A DNA stretch of 64,000 bases from Candidatus Nomurabacteria bacterium (GCA_023898465.1 CP060223.1:896001-960000), one strand, 5' to 3'; positions 20,586 through 29,721 are shown, counted from the stretch's first letter. The notes: generated from the letters alone by a model not told the origin. Numbers and translations are program-made.

Positions 20586-21137
20586 ATGGCACCAATCGAA
20601 TCAACCCAAGCAAAACTAGGCAGCGAATTACCCGATTTCAATCTCATCGGTACAGGCGGAGGTATGAATGCGCCTCGTGATTTCGCAGATTATAAAGTGT
20701 TGGTGGTTGCCTTTATTTGTAATCACTGTCCATACGCCAAGGCAGCTATTCCGCGCCTTATTAAGCTGCAAGAGGAATATCTAGAGAAGAGCGTCATGTT
20801 TGTCGGTATCAATGCCAATGATCCAAAGGAATACCCTGAGGATGACATGGAACACATGACAAAGTACGCCCAAGAATGGGGCATGAACTTCCCTTACCTG
20901 GTAGACGATACCCAGGAAGTTGCCAAGGCTTTTGGCGCGGTTTGCACTCCGGATATCTTCGTCTATGACCGTGACCGTAAGCTTGCCTACCATGGACGAA
21001 TTGATGATAACTGGCAGGATGAGGAACAGGTAAGCACCTATGATCTCAAGGAAGCGTTGGAAGCACTGATTATTGGTGCGGATGTGAATCCAGAACAGCA
21101 TCCATCCATGGGCTGCTCGATTAAGTGGAAGCAGTAG
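20586..21137 (+). CDS. thioredoxin-fold thiol-disulfide oxidoreductase / peroxiredoxin-like protein
   Basis: CNHC (CxxC) motif within VVAFICNHCPYAKAAIP. Start chosen at MAPIES. Confidence 0.65.
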   Translation: MAPIESTQAKLGSELPDFNLIGTGGGMNAPRDFADYKVLVVAFICNHCPYAKAAIPRLIKLQEEYLEKSVMFVGINANDPKEYPEDDMEHMTKYAQEWGMNFPYLVDDTQEVAKAFGAVCTPDIFVYDRDRKLAYHGRIDDNWQDEEQVSTYDLKEALEALIIGADVNPEQHPSMGCSIKWKQ

Positions 21138-21217
21138 ATAGGATTTCGCTAAGCTTACCAAGATAGTAAAGATGCAATCGAATATGAGTTTATTCGATAT
21201 TTTGGAATTGGCATTCG

Positions 21218-21226
21218 TGCTACAAT
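21218..21226 (+). promoter_or_regulatory. extended -10 TGCTACAAT placed 9 nt before the ATG (leaderless-type)
   Basis: tgctacaat, then agtgtggct, then the ATG at 21236. Confidence 0.4.
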
Positions 21227-21235
21227 AGTGTGGCT

Positions 21236-22714
21236 ATGACGCATTCAGTACTTAGCTCTCGACTTACTCAAGTTCCCATTCTTCCAGCACTTCGAAACCT
21301 GCAGAAGGCCTATGCATCTGCCGAGGTATATGTTGTTGGTGGAGCAATACGCGATGCCCTACTCAAACGAAAGGGTGGAGATATTGACTATCTTATTCGA
21401 AATGTTTCTTATGCAAATCTCGCGCGCCATTTGCAAAAGAGTGGCAGCGCTCAACTTGTTGGCAAACATTTTGGTGTTATCAAATATTCTCCACGTGGAA
21501 CAAAAGAGATATACGATATTGCCCTGCCTCGCTTAGAGCACTCTTTGCACATGAGTGGGGCCTATCATGACTTTGCGGTGCAGTCAGATCCTAAACTCCC
21601 AGTTGCTGAGGATCTCAAGCGACGCGACTTCACTATTAACGCCATGGCCTGGAATATTCATAGCGGCGAATTTGTAGATCCAAGCAATGGTCTGGCTGAC
21701 CTCGTCGCAAAAAAAATCCGGACTGTAGGTAACCCGAAGCAACGCTTCCAAGAAGACTACACTCGTCTACTTCGCGCTCTACGTTTTGCAGTTGAGCTAG
21801 ATTTTCAAATTGAGGATTCTAGCTGGCGCATTTTGAAACAACTGATTGGTAACCTTAGTAACCGCGTACTCCCACGTGAAGCAATTGCGGCTGAGCTAGT
21901 AAAAATGTTTGCTCGAGCGCCCCTGGCTACGGTTGACGCACTAGAAAATTCGGGTGCGCTACGCGTGCTCATGCCTGAAGCGCATGAAATGAAACGAGTT
22001 GTCCAGCCCGTGCTTCATCATCGCGAAGGATCAGTCTGGCAGCATGCCCACCTCAGCTTAGAAGCGTACACACACCCTGAATTCCGTCGGCGTTTCCCTA
22101 AATTCAAACCTGATGCTGAGCTCTACTTCGCAACCTGGATGCACGACATTGCCAAATCCGTCACTATGAAGCATGTCGGTTCGCACAGCACAAAGCCGCA
22201 CTACAAAAATCATGCTTCTGTAGGCGCGCATATGGCCGTCCGTATTGCTGAACGATTAAAGCTATCTTCAGCCGGTGGTCAAATTCTTCCACGCCGACTC
22301 GATTGGCTGTTGAGAAACCACCTTGTCCGCCTCAAAGTACATGAGCTAGATTTAGATGAAGTAGAACATCTTTTTTGCAACCCCAATCTACCAGGCGAAA
22401 AATTACTCGCTTTAAATTTTGCAGATGCCTGGGCATCAATTCCAGAAGAGGGCGGGCATGACCTCCGTGACCTTGATGCACTAATGAAAAAAATTGCTCT
22501 AGTAAAAAAACGTGGATTCAAAAAAGGTAAGCCGTATCACCTACTAAGCGGAAAAGACGTCATGAAAGGCATGCAAGTTTCTGCTGGACCTCAGGTCGGT
22601 AGTTTCCTCAGCCTGGTTCGCTATCAGCAACTAGAGGGCAAGTTGCTAAGTAAAGCGGCCGCGCTAAAATATCTTGCGCAATATTACCAATCAAAGCTAA
22701 AGAAATCCTCATGA
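21236..22714 (+). CDS. CCA-adding tRNA nucleotidyltransferase / poly(A) polymerase family protein with an HD domain
   Basis: VVGGAIRDALLKRKGGDIDYLI (pol-beta NT motif), RRDFTINAMA and a C-terminal HD region. Confidence 0.8.
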   Translation: MTHSVLSSRLTQVPILPALRNLQKAYASAEVYVVGGAIRDALLKRKGGDIDYLIRNVSYANLARHLQKSGSAQLVGKHFGVIKYSPRGTKEIYDIALPRLEHSLHMSGAYHDFAVQSDPKLPVAEDLKRRDFTINAMAWNIHSGEFVDPSNGLADLVAKKIRTVGNPKQRFQEDYTRLLRALRFAVELDFQIEDSSWRILKQLIGNLSNRVLPREAIAAELVKMFARAPLATVDALENSGALRVLMPEAHEMKRVVQPVLHHREGSVWQHAHLSLEAYTHPEFRRRFPKFKPDAELYFATWMHDIAKSVTMKHVGSHSTKPHYKNHASVGAHMAVRIAERLKLSSAGGQILPRRLDWLLRNHLVRLKVHELDLDEVEHLFCNPNLPGEKLLALNFADAWASIPEEGGHDLRDLDALMKKIALVKKRGFKKGKPYHLLSGKDVMKGMQVSAGPQVGSFLSLVRYQQLEGKLLSKAAALKYLAQYYQSKLKKSS

Positions 22715-23649
22715 ACATTGCCGCTATAGAAAAAGATATCGAAGTAGACGCCGCACATGACGGGGCGCGTTTAGATCGCTTCCTGGTTGATCATATTGAG
22801 GGCATTTCACGCGCTGAGCTGCAACGTTGGATTAAGCAAGGTGAGGTTCGAGTGAATGGGAAAAATGCTATTCCTCATCAAGCGCTGAAAGTTTGCGATC
22901 GCATTCACATCGAGCACCAAGCATCCGAACAACACACGCCGGATGCTCTAGCTGCTATTCAAGTGCTAGCCGAAGAAAAAGATTTCCTCATCATCTCAAA
23001 ACCTTCTGGCGTCCTCATGCACGCCACACCAAATTCGCACGAACAAACTTTAGCTGACTGGCTACTCGCGCACTACCCCGAGTTGCATGGTGTCGGCGAA
23101 GATCCTACACGACCTGGCATTGTGCATCGCCTTGATCGTGACGTATCCGGCCTCCTGCTCGTTGCCCGCACTCCAGACGCATTCATCTATTATAAAAATC
23201 TTTTTCAGGAACGGGCAATGGAAAAAGTATATATTGCCTTAGCTCACGGGAGCGTTGAAGAAGATGGAATGATTGAACTGCCCATCTCCCGTTCTCAATC
23301 AAACCGCCGGAGGATGGCAGCCCGAGCTGATGGTATAGGACGTCCGGCAATTACCGCCTATCATATTTTGAAGCGCTATCCTCATCTGACCTTACTTGAG
23401 GTGAAGCCAAAGACTGGACGCATGCATCAAATCCGCGTCCATCTCAATGCCATTGGCCACCCGATTGTGGGCGACCGTCTCTATGTAAAAAAGGCCAGCA
23501 AGGCCACCCAACTGCGACGACCCTTCCTCCATGCCCATAAACTAGCCTTTGTCGACCAAGAGGGCAAAGAAAGGGCCTATACTCTAGCAATACCCCAGGA
23601 ATTACAGGAGTATCTGGATACGCTTGACGAGAAACACGAAAATAGCTAG
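22711..23649 (+). CDS. RluA-family 23S rRNA pseudouridine synthase (RluD-like, with S4 domain)
   Basis: [20 protein letters not shown] catalytic Asp motif and an N-terminal S4-like region. Confidence 0.85.
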   Translation: MNIAAIEKDIEVDAAHDGARLDRFLVDHIEGISRAELQRWIKQGEVRVNGKNAIPHQALKVCDRIHIEHQASEQHTPDALAAIQVLAEEKDFLIISKPSGVLMHATPNSHEQTLADWLLAHYPELHGVGEDPTRPGIVHRLDRDVSGLLLVARTPDAFIYYKNLFQERAMEKVYIALAHGSVEEDGMIELPISRSQSNRRRMAARADGIGRPAITAYHILKRYPHLTLLEVKPKTGRMHQIRVHLNAIGHPIVGDRLYVKKASKATQLRRPFLHAHKLAFVDQEGKERAYTLAIPQELQEYLDTLDEKHENS

Positions 23650-23689
23650 ACTGAGGGCCGATTTACATTTTCATTACTTTAGAAAAAAC

Positions 23690-24025
23690 ATGTCAGAAAC
23701 ACTAGCTCCGCTGCATGACAGCCTTCCTGAAGTGAAGTCAGGTCAGCAGGTCCGAGTCCATCAAAAAATCAGCGAGGGGGACAAGGAACGCAATCAGGTT
23801 TTTGAAGGCGTTGTCTTAAAGCGCAGTGGCGGCAAAGGCCCATCAGCCAGTATTACTGTTCGCAAAATTGGTGCTGGTGGCATTGGTGTAGAACGCATCT
23901 TCCCTCTTCATTCACCTGTCATCACCAAGGTTGAAGTAGTGGGTGAAGCAAAGACACGACGAGCAAATCTCAGCTATCTCCGTAAGCCTCGCGCCAAGCA
24001 GCTGAAGATGAAGTCAGTCAAATAA
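23690..24025 (+). CDS. rplS: 50S ribosomal protein L19
   Basis: [28 protein letters not shown]...[19 protein letters not shown] is the L19 signature. Start chosen at MSETLAP. Confidence 0.9.
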   Translation: MSETLAPLHDSLPEVKSGQQVRVHQKISEGDKERNQVFEGVVLKRSGGKGPSASITVRKIGAGGIGVERIFPLHSPVITKVEVVGEAKTRRANLSYLRKPRAKQLKMKSVK

Positions 24026-24029
24026 GTTC

Positions 24030-24046
24030 CTGCGCGGGTGGCGGAA
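24030..24046 (+). repeat. 17-nt copy of the tRNA-Leu(GAG) 5' end (ctgcgcgggtggcggaa), followed by two perfect 8-bp hairpins
   Basis: Identical to 24378-24394. Downstream are cccgaacc-acgcag-ggttcggg and cctgcacc-tcacaa-ggtgcagg. Confidence 0.6.
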
Positions 24047-24122
24047 CCCCGAACCACGCAGGGTTCGGGAGTCCTGCACCTCACAAGGTGCAGGGTGGGA
24101 GTAAACATTATGTACTCTTACT

Positions 24123-24371
24123 ATGTCATTCGTTTATATCCTGCTACTTAATAATCAAGAGCTCTACGTCGGATTTACTGCCGACCTTAATCGACGACTT
24201 GAAGAGCATCAACTAGGTAGGAGTGGTTACACAAGTAAGTACCTACCAGTAAAACTACTTTTTTATGAAGCCTTTACCAGCGAAGTGGATGCGCGGCGAA
24301 GAGAGAAATATTTAAAAACGAGTAAAGGTAAATCAACGATACGGATGATGCTCCGTACTACACTGCAGTAA
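24123..24371 (+). CDS. GIY-YIG nuclease family protein (YhbQ/UPF0213-like, 82 aa)
   Basis: VYILLLNNQELYVGFTADLNRRLEEHQLG matches GIY-YIG motifs. Confidence 0.8.
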   Translation: MSFVYILLLNNQELYVGFTADLNRRLEEHQLGRSGYTSKYLPVKLLFYEAFTSEVDARRREKYLKTSKGKSTIRMMLRTTLQ

Positions 24372-24378
24372 TATATCT

Positions 24379-24464
24379 GCGCGGGTGGCGGAATGGTATA
24401 CGCGCTAGCTTGAGGTGCTAGTGGCCGCAAGGCCTTGGAGGTTCAAGTCCTCTCCCGCGCACCA
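24379..24464 (+). tRNA. tRNA-Leu(GAG), type II with a long variable arm
   Basis: Acceptor gcgcggg/cccgcgc, anticodon stem ctagc/gctag, loop ttgaggt, variable arm tggccgcaaggcct, CCA encoded. Confidence 0.9.
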
Positions 24465-24575
24465 CGTGAAGCGTGGTGCTAAATAGCTGAGCAAAATTAG
24501 ACATACCACCGTAGCAAAAGCTGCGTTGCTTTTAAATTGGATAGACTCTTCACTGCTTAAACTCAAATGGTCTTC

Positions 24576-24797
24576 TCAGATGAGTATTAGCAAAACACAC
24601 ACAAGAATTTGCCCTAGGAGAAGTCCTGCACCAACCTGACGACGACCATCAATAATCCGTGCAAATCCAAGTGCAAAGAAAACTATAAAACCGCCTGATA
24701 CAAAAACTAAACTAGCAGGCGCTTGCATGAGCGCTATGTTCCATGCAAAAAACTGATAGAGAAAACTGAGAACGCAAAAAATTATTACTTTTTTCAT
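24576..24797 (-). CDS. hypothetical small membrane protein (73 aa)
   Basis: Two predicted TM helices. Located between tRNA genes. Confidence 0.35.
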   Translation of the reverse strand: MKKVIIFCVLSFLYQFFAWNIALMQAPASLVFVSGGFIVFFALGFARIIDGRRQVGAGLLLGQILVCVLLILI

Positions 24798-24923
24798 AAA
24801 AGGAAATGGACATCGTATTTGTATATATTTAATCGCACGCCTAGCTCTTTTGTTTCATGAAAGCTCGCTGTATTAATTCCAAAATCATGCTACTATGCTA
24901 GCAAGTAATTTTACTCTACCTCT

Positions 24924-25163
24924 ATGAAAAAAATTCTCGCTACCTTTTCATTCATACTTTTAGCCAGTCCATCCATTGCCTCAGCCCACACTGGCGTAGA
25001 ACACACAGGGACTTTTTGGCATATTTTTCTCCACCTGCTTAGCGAACCAGATCACATCTTCATAATAGGATCTATCGTTATCCTGGGTTATGGCGTACTG
25101 CTTCATACGAAACCACAGAGGAGTTTATCTCGTGTTCCACGTGGAAGCATTGCTAAGTATTGA
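24924..25163 (+). CDS. hypothetical small secreted/membrane protein (79 aa)
   Basis: Signal-peptide-like N-terminus MKKILATFSFILLASPSIASA, then a TM helix. Confidence 0.35.
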   Translation: MKKILATFSFILLASPSIASAHTGVEHTGTFWHIFLHLLSEPDHIFIIGSIVILGYGVLLHTKPQRSLSRVPRGSIAKY

Positions 25164-25188
25164 CTTCCCTAGGCTAATCGCGTAATAA
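25160..25188 (+). promoter_or_regulatory. promoter TTGACT-17-TAATAA for tRNA-Val(UAC)
   Basis: Exact 17-nt spacing. The tRNA starts 16 nt downstream. Confidence 0.4.
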
Positions 25189-25203
25189 TCAGGCCTGTCC
25201 CAT

Positions 25204-25280
25204 GGGCGGTTAGCTCAGTTGGTTAGAGCGCCTCGTTTACACCGAGGAGGTCGGGGGTTCGACTCCCTCACCGCCCACCA
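25204..25280 (+). tRNA. tRNA-Val(UAC)
   Basis: Acceptor gggcggt/accgccc, anticodon stem cctcg/cgagg, loop tttacac, CCA encoded. Confidence 0.9.
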
Positions 25281-25355
25281 CACTTAGCGTGGCCGACCAT
25301 ACAAACCATGGCTAGTAATTGAGGACGCGCTCTATAGATGTAAGTAGTGACTTTT

Positions 25356-25364
25356 TGCTATACT
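25356..25364 (+). promoter_or_regulatory. extended -10 TGCTATACT upstream of ugd
   Basis: The same 9-mer as on the minus strand at 44049-44057. Confidence 0.35.
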
Positions 25365-25395
25365 CATCAGGTACTAACTCCTAACTTTTTATTTC

Positions 25396-26682
25396 ATGAA
25401 AATATCTGTAATTGGCGCCACCGGCTACGTCGGTCTCGTCTCAGCAACCTGCCTTGCCGAAATTGGCCATACGGTAACTTGTTTTGGTAGAAACGCAGAA
25501 GCGATAAATAAATTACAGCGTGGCAATATTCCTATTTATGAACCCGGCTTGAACGAACTAGTCAAAAAGAATATAAAGGCAAAGCGTCTTCGCTTCACCA
25601 CGAATTTTGATCTAGCAGTAAAAGAAAGTCTCGCAATCTTTATTGCCGTAGGAACACCTCCGCTACCAAACGGTAAAGCAGACCTACGCGCCGTATTTGA
25701 AGTTGCACAACGTATCGGGCAAAGCATGACCGACTATAAGGTTATTGTTGATAAAAGCACTGTGCCAGTTGGAACGGGCCAAGAGGTGAAGCACATTATT
25801 GCAAAGGAATACTCAGGAAGATTTGATGTTGCTTCATGTCCAGAATTTTTGCGCGAGGGTTCAGCTATTGAAGACTTCATGCATCCAGATCGAGTGGTTA
25901 TTGGTACTGATTCTGAAAAAGCAAAAAGGGTTATGCTTGATATTTTCAAACCCCAGAAGACTACTAAGCTCACTACAAATATTGAAAGTGCCGAACTTAT
26001 TAAGTATGCTTCCAATGCTTTCTTGGCCACCAAAATTTCATTTATCAATGAGATATCCAACCTTTGCGATTTAGTCCGGGCTGATGTTGAGGAAGTCGCT
26101 CGAGGTATGGGCCTAGATAAGCGTATTGGACAAAGTTTCTTAAAGGCTGGAGTGGGATACGGCGGCAGCTGTTTCCCTAAGGATGTGAGTGCCTTAAAAG
26201 AACTTGCGGGATCTAGTGGCTATGACTTTCAGTTACTTAAGGCTGTCATTGAGGTAAACAATACACAACGATCAGTCGTCATTGCAAAAGCAAAACAACT
26301 ACTTGGTTCCTTGCGGAACAAACACATCGGCGTACTTGGACTGGCTTTTAAGCAAAATACTGATGATGTACGGGAGTCTGCTGCCATAGACATTATTAAA
26401 CTGCTGCAAAAGGCTGGTGCAAAAATTACTGCTTTTGACCCAGTGGCTACAGAAAAAGCAAAAAGTAAGCTTACTCGCGTAAAGTATGCCAAGTCAGCCA
26501 AGGAAGCATGTAAGCAGACTGATCTCCTTGTCATTGTGACTGAGTGGCCTGAATTCGCTCAGCTTGATTGGAAAAAAATCCGTCCAACTATGAGACAAGC
26601 AAAAATTGTTGATGGACGTAACCTGCTTGATCCAATAAAGATGCGAGAGTTGGGGTATCAATATCTCAGCGTAGGTCGATAG
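25396..26682 (+). CDS. ugd: UDP-glucose 6-dehydrogenase (nucleotide-sugar dehydrogenase family)
   Basis: MKISVIGATGYVGLVSATCLA (NAD-binding site) and GGSCFPKD catalytic Cys motif. Confidence 0.85.
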   Translation: MKISVIGATGYVGLVSATCLAEIGHTVTCFGRNAEAINKLQRGNIPIYEPGLNELVKKNIKAKRLRFTTNFDLAVKESLAIFIAVGTPPLPNGKADLRAVFEVAQRIGQSMTDYKVIVDKSTVPVGTGQEVKHIIAKEYSGRFDVASCPEFLREGSAIEDFMHPDRVVIGTDSEKAKRVMLDIFKPQKTTKLTTNIESAELIKYASNAFLATKISFINEISNLCDLVRADVEEVARGMGLDKRIGQSFLKAGVGYGGSCFPKDVSALKELAGSSGYDFQLLKAVIEVNNTQRSVVIAKAKQLLGSLRNKHIGVLGLAFKQNTDDVRESAAIDIIKLLQKAGAKITAFDPVATEKAKSKLTRVKYAKSAKEACKQTDLLVIVTEWPEFAQLDWKKIRPTMRQAKIVDGRNLLDPIKMRELGYQYLSVGR

Positions 26683-26744
26683 TAAAAACCCTGCCACTTC
26701 ACTCAAAGAGATAAAGAGACAGGGTTTCAACAGATCACAACTGC

Positions 26745-26960
26745 CTACGCAGTTGATTTGTCGTCGGCGACTTCGTCGCCACTGCTCACGATCTTAGGCT
26801 CATCCATCTTCTGCACCAGCTTTGGCCTGGGCTTTGGCACATACGCCGGAAACTCCCTCTTGCCACGACGATTGGCTATCAGCATAGCGCCGAGCACAAT
26901 CGCTCCTGCCCCCAGGATCGCCAAGAAGAAAAGTACCGGGTTCTGAAGTAGAGACGACAT
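26745..26960 (-). CDS. hypothetical small membrane protein (71 aa)
   Basis: Strong SD (gaggtgaggagg) upstream of the ATG at 26960. One TM helix. Confidence 0.5.
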   Translation of the reverse strand: MSSLLQNPVLFFLAILGAGAIVLGAMLIANRRGKREFPAYVPKPRPKLVQKMDEPKIVSSGDEVADDKSTA

Positions 26961-27073
26961 GATTCCTCCTCACCTCGATTGTTAACCCCCGCATTTACTC
27001 TAGCCTAAAACGACTTTGCTCCTACGTCAAATACCCGCTGCCGACGGGCTATGAAAAATGCAGCAAAGCAATT

Positions 27074-27241
27074 TTAGCGTTTATCTTTTAAGCGCCCTCG
27101 TTTCTTCAACGCTTCACGGAGCACCCACTCGATTTGACCATTCAGGCTGCGCAATTCATCACTAGCCCACCTTTCGAGTGCCTCTAGGGTTGTGCTATCA
27201 ACACGGAGCAAAAATGGCTTTGTCCTCCTTTGTACCGCCAT
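27074..27241 (-). CDS. Arc/MetJ-type ribbon-helix-helix DNA-binding protein (55 aa; not in the ORF track)
   Basis: Reverse translation gives MAVQRRTKPFLLRVDSTTLEALERWASDELRSLNGQIEWVLREALKKRGRLKDKR, a canonical Arc-like RHH. The ATG lies 2 nt after the SPFH stop. Confidence 0.45.
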   Translation of the reverse strand: MAVQRRTKPFLLRVDSTTLEALERWASDELRSLNGQIEWVLREALKKRGRLKDKR

Positions 27242-27243
27242 GC

Positions 27244-28113
27244 TTATTGGTACAAGCTTCCGGTATTCACCACCGGTTGCGCATGACGATCACTGCAAAG
27301 CACAACCAAGAGATTGCTCACCATGGCAGCCTTTCGCTCCTCATCTAATTTTACAACGTCTTTTTTTGAAAGCTCTTCAAGCGCCATCTCTACCATGCCC
27401 ACCGCACCTTCAACTATTCTCGTTCGGGCGGCTACCACCGCACTTGCCTGCTGGCGCTGGAGCATTGCACTGGCAATCTCTGGTGCATAAGCTAAGTGAC
27501 TAATTCGCGCTTCAATAACCTCAACACCTGCTTTTGCCAAACGGTCCTGCACTTCAGCTTTTAGTTTTTCAGCTACGTCATTTGTGTTCCCACGCAATGA
27601 GACCACACCTTCTTGATGAGCGTCATAGGGATATGAGGTAGCCATGTTACGGAGAGCAGCTTCGCTCTGTACATGGACAAAATTTTCATAGTCATCAACA
27701 TTGAACATTGCCTCAGCAGTATCGACAACCTTCCAAACTATGACTGCAGCAATCTCGATGGGGTTACCATCAGAATCATTTACTTTTAACTTTCCGCTTT
27801 CAAAGTTTCGTATGCGAAGAGAAATTCTTCGTCGACTTGTAAAAGGATTCATCCAACGAAAGCCTGACTGTTTTTCTGAACCTATATACTTACCAAACAA
27901 CTGCGCAACTGCAGCCTCATTTGGATTTACAATAAAAAAACCACTTGTACAAAAAAGAACAGCTATCCCTAGGAGTATGGAAACAATTACTAGCCAGATG
28001 GTATTCGCAGTTGCGGCATAAATAAAACCAAACGCCGCCAGACACAAGAGCACAAATAAGGAAGGAGCAGCAACAAAGCCATTAGTCGAACGAACAGCTT
28101 TTTCTTTAATCAT
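27244..28113 (-). CDS. SPFH/Band-7 (stomatin/prohibitin-like) membrane protein
   Basis: N-terminal TM helices, then [21 protein letters not shown]... SPFH domain and a coiled-coil C-terminus. Confidence 0.85.
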   Translation of the reverse strand: MIKEKAVRSTNGFVAAPSLFVLLCLAAFGFIYAATANTIWLVIVSILLGIAVLFCTSGFFIVNPNEAAVAQLFGKYIGSEKQSGFRWMNPFTSRRRISLRIRNFESGKLKVNDSDGNPIEIAAVIVWKVVDTAEAMFNVDDYENFVHVQSEAALRNMATSYPYDAHQEGVVSLRGNTNDVAEKLKAEVQDRLAKAGVEVIEARISHLAYAPEIASAMLQRQQASAVVAARTRIVEGAVGMVEMALEELSKKDVVKLDEERKAAMVSNLLVVLCSDRHAQPVVNTGSLYQ

Positions 28114-28127
28114 AGTAAAAAGGTAAA

Positions 28128-28146
28128 TGATATCAAACTGATATCA
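28128..28146. promoter_or_regulatory. double palindromic operator-like site TGATATCA-aac-TGATATCA, 15-33 nt upstream of the SPFH start
   Basis: Two perfect self-complementary 8-mers. A minus-strand TTGACA -35-like hexamer sits at 28169-28174. Confidence 0.4.
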
Positions 28147-28213
28147 GTGAACCTCTTATCTGTACATTTGTCAAGTTAAAAAAAACTACTACGCAGATGT
28201 AGTATGTTTTCTC

Positions 28214-28247
28214 TGGTGGACCCTACCCCGCTGGGCGGGGTCAGCTC
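28214..28247 (-). repeat. degenerate tRNA-Ala 3'-half fragment (T-arm plus acceptor remnant)
   Basis: tggtggaccctacc is identical to the 3' end of tRNA-Ala at 28263 and 29946. It is followed by ccccgctgggcgggg, a T-arm-like hairpin. Confidence 0.5.
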
Positions 28248-28262
28248 TGTATGTTGAGATCT

Positions 28263-28338
28263 TGGTGGACCCTACCGGGCTCGAACCGGTCACCTCCGCG
28301 TTGCAAACGCGGCGCTCTACCAAATGAGCTAAGGGCCC
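28263..28338 (-). tRNA. tRNA-Ala(UGC)
   Basis: Reverse complement gggccct...tttgcaa...agggtcc-a-cca. The G3:U70 Ala identity pair is present. Confidence 0.9.
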
Positions 28339-28626
28339 TTAATTCAGACTATTCGAAACAGGTGAAAAAATATCCCGTAGAAGAGATGGAACAAATCCAG
28401 TCAGTGTAAGAAAAACAATGAAAATCATGAGGATACCGAGAAGCTTTAAAAAAATTCTCGTACCACCCTCGGTACCGAGATGCTGCTCAGCCCATTCGAT
28501 CCGACCAAACCAGTTCATGAAAAAATCAGTCTTGATCACAAGTAGCGCACCTATCAGTATAACGATTCCACCAATTAAATATCGCATAACTCTTCTCGTA
28601 TTATTAACGCCCCCCCCTAGCACCAT
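28339..28626 (-). CDS. hypothetical small membrane protein
   Basis: 95-aa ORF with 2 TM helices. The start is ambiguous (MVLGGG or MRYLIGG). Confidence 0.35.
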   Translation of the reverse strand: MVLGGGVNNTRRVMRYLIGGIVILIGALLVIKTDFFMNWFGRIEWAEQHLGTEGGTRIFLKLLGILMIFIVFLTLTGFVPSLLRDIFSPVSNSLN

Positions 28627-28730
28627 CGAGTACTTGAGCTTGAAAAGCTAAGTACGAGATGAAAAGCGGCACGTTTGCAAAGGGCGCAGTCCGGCTTGGC
28701 CGGGCAAAGCCTGGAGCAAACGATGACGTG

Positions 28731-28807
28731 TGGTGGGCGATCCAGGAATCGAACCTGGGACCTCGTCATTATCAGTGACGCGCTCTAACCAACTGAGCTA
28801 ATCGCCC
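28731..28807 (-). tRNA. tRNA-Ile(GAU)
   Basis: Reverse complement gggcgat...cgtca-ctgataa-tgacg...atcgccc-a-cca. Confidence 0.9.
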
Positions 28808-28813
28808 ATGTTT

Positions 28814-28827
28814 GTTCCCCGTGGAAC
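28814..28827. repeat. 14-nt near-palindrome GTTCCCCGTGGAAC, 7 nt upstream of the tRNA-Ile(GAU) 5' end
   Basis: One of three copies of GTTCCYCGWGGAAC in the window. Confidence 0.5.
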
Positions 28828-28854
28828 ATGATGTAAAACTACATAACAACGCGG

Positions 28855-28940
28855 TGGTGCCGCCGGTCGGACTTGAACCGACATGAGGTTACCCTCAAGG
28901 GATTTTAAGTCCCTCGTGTCTACCATTCCACCACGGCGGC
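28855..28940 (-). tRNA. tRNA-Leu(UAA), type II
   Basis: Reverse complement gccgccg...aggga-cttaaaa-tccct, a long variable arm, and gtcgg-ttcaagt-ccgac-cggcggc-a-cca. Confidence 0.85.
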
Positions 28941-29043
28941 AAGCATTCAAAGCGAATACATGCCATATTTCAACACAAGAATGTCATTCATGCAAGACCA
29001 GCAGGAACCACATGCTAACACGAGTATTTCGGAAAAACAAGAC

Positions 29044-29721
29044 TTACTCGGGTTTATTAAACTCAATCTGCGAAGTAGACTCTTTGCTTCTGCGACTTTT
29101 AATAAACTCCCAGAGGGCGGGCAATAATGAAATAGCAATGATAGCAACTACGACAAAACTAAAATTCTCCTGGATAAAAGGAAGCCTGCCAAAAAAATAT
29201 CCTCCGAACAAGAAAATGCTGACCCAGAGGAATGCTCCAAGCACATTATAAGTGAAAAAGTGACGATATCGCATTAAGCCAACACCTGCAACAAAGGGAG
29301 CTATGGTACGAACAATTGGAACAAATCTCGCAATGACAATTGTCTTTGCTCCATACCTTTCATAAAAACGATGGGTACGGTCAAGATGCTCCTTCCTTAG
29401 CCAACGAGAATTTCTCAACTCATATACTCTTCGACCAAGGTGCTTCCCTATCCAATAGTTTAATCCATCGCCTAACACAGCCGCAGTAAACAGCAAGGCA
29501 AAGAGAAGTATAATATTTAGTGACCCTGCATCAGACAGCGCTCCAGCGGCAAAAAGAAGCGAATCCCCTGGCAAGAAGGGCATAATCACAATGCCCGTCT
29601 CAAGGAAGACAATACCAAAAAGAAGCGCATAGACCCAGGTGCCGTATGTGCTTATAGCTATTCCAAGGCTTTCATCTAAGTGGAGAAAGTATTGAGAAAT
29701 AGTGTGTAATAGCTCGTTCAA
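29044..29721 (-). CDS. DedA-family membrane protein
   Basis: GIVFLETGIVIMPFLPGDSLLFAAGAL and ARFVPIVRT DedA motifs. Confidence 0.85.
   Translation of the reverse strand: MNELLHTISQYFLHLDESLGIAISTYGTWVYALLFGIVFLETGIVIMPFLPGDSLLFAAGALSDAGSLNIILLFALLFTAAVLGDGLNYWIGKHLGRRVYELRNSRWLRKEHLDRTHRFYERYGAKTIVIARFVPIVRTIAPFVAGVGLMRYRHFFTYNVLGAFLWVSIFLFGGYFFGRLPFIQENFSFVVVAIIAISLLPALWEFIKSRRSKESTSQIEFNKPE

Noticed and set aside
28214-28338. tRNA-Ala 3'-end direct repeat as an attL/attR pair of an integrated element
   Set aside because: The partial copy lies only 36 nt from the intact tRNA 3' end with no cargo between them, and no integrase is present. It is more likely a local duplication remnant or a scar.
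28627-28730. Possible structured RNA in the 104-nt spacer between the small membrane ORF and tRNA-Ile(GAU)
   Set aside because: It has a few short hairpins and a near-palindrome (cgtttgcaaag). I could not match it to any known RNA family, and it has no terminator-like or riboswitch-like architecture that I could see.
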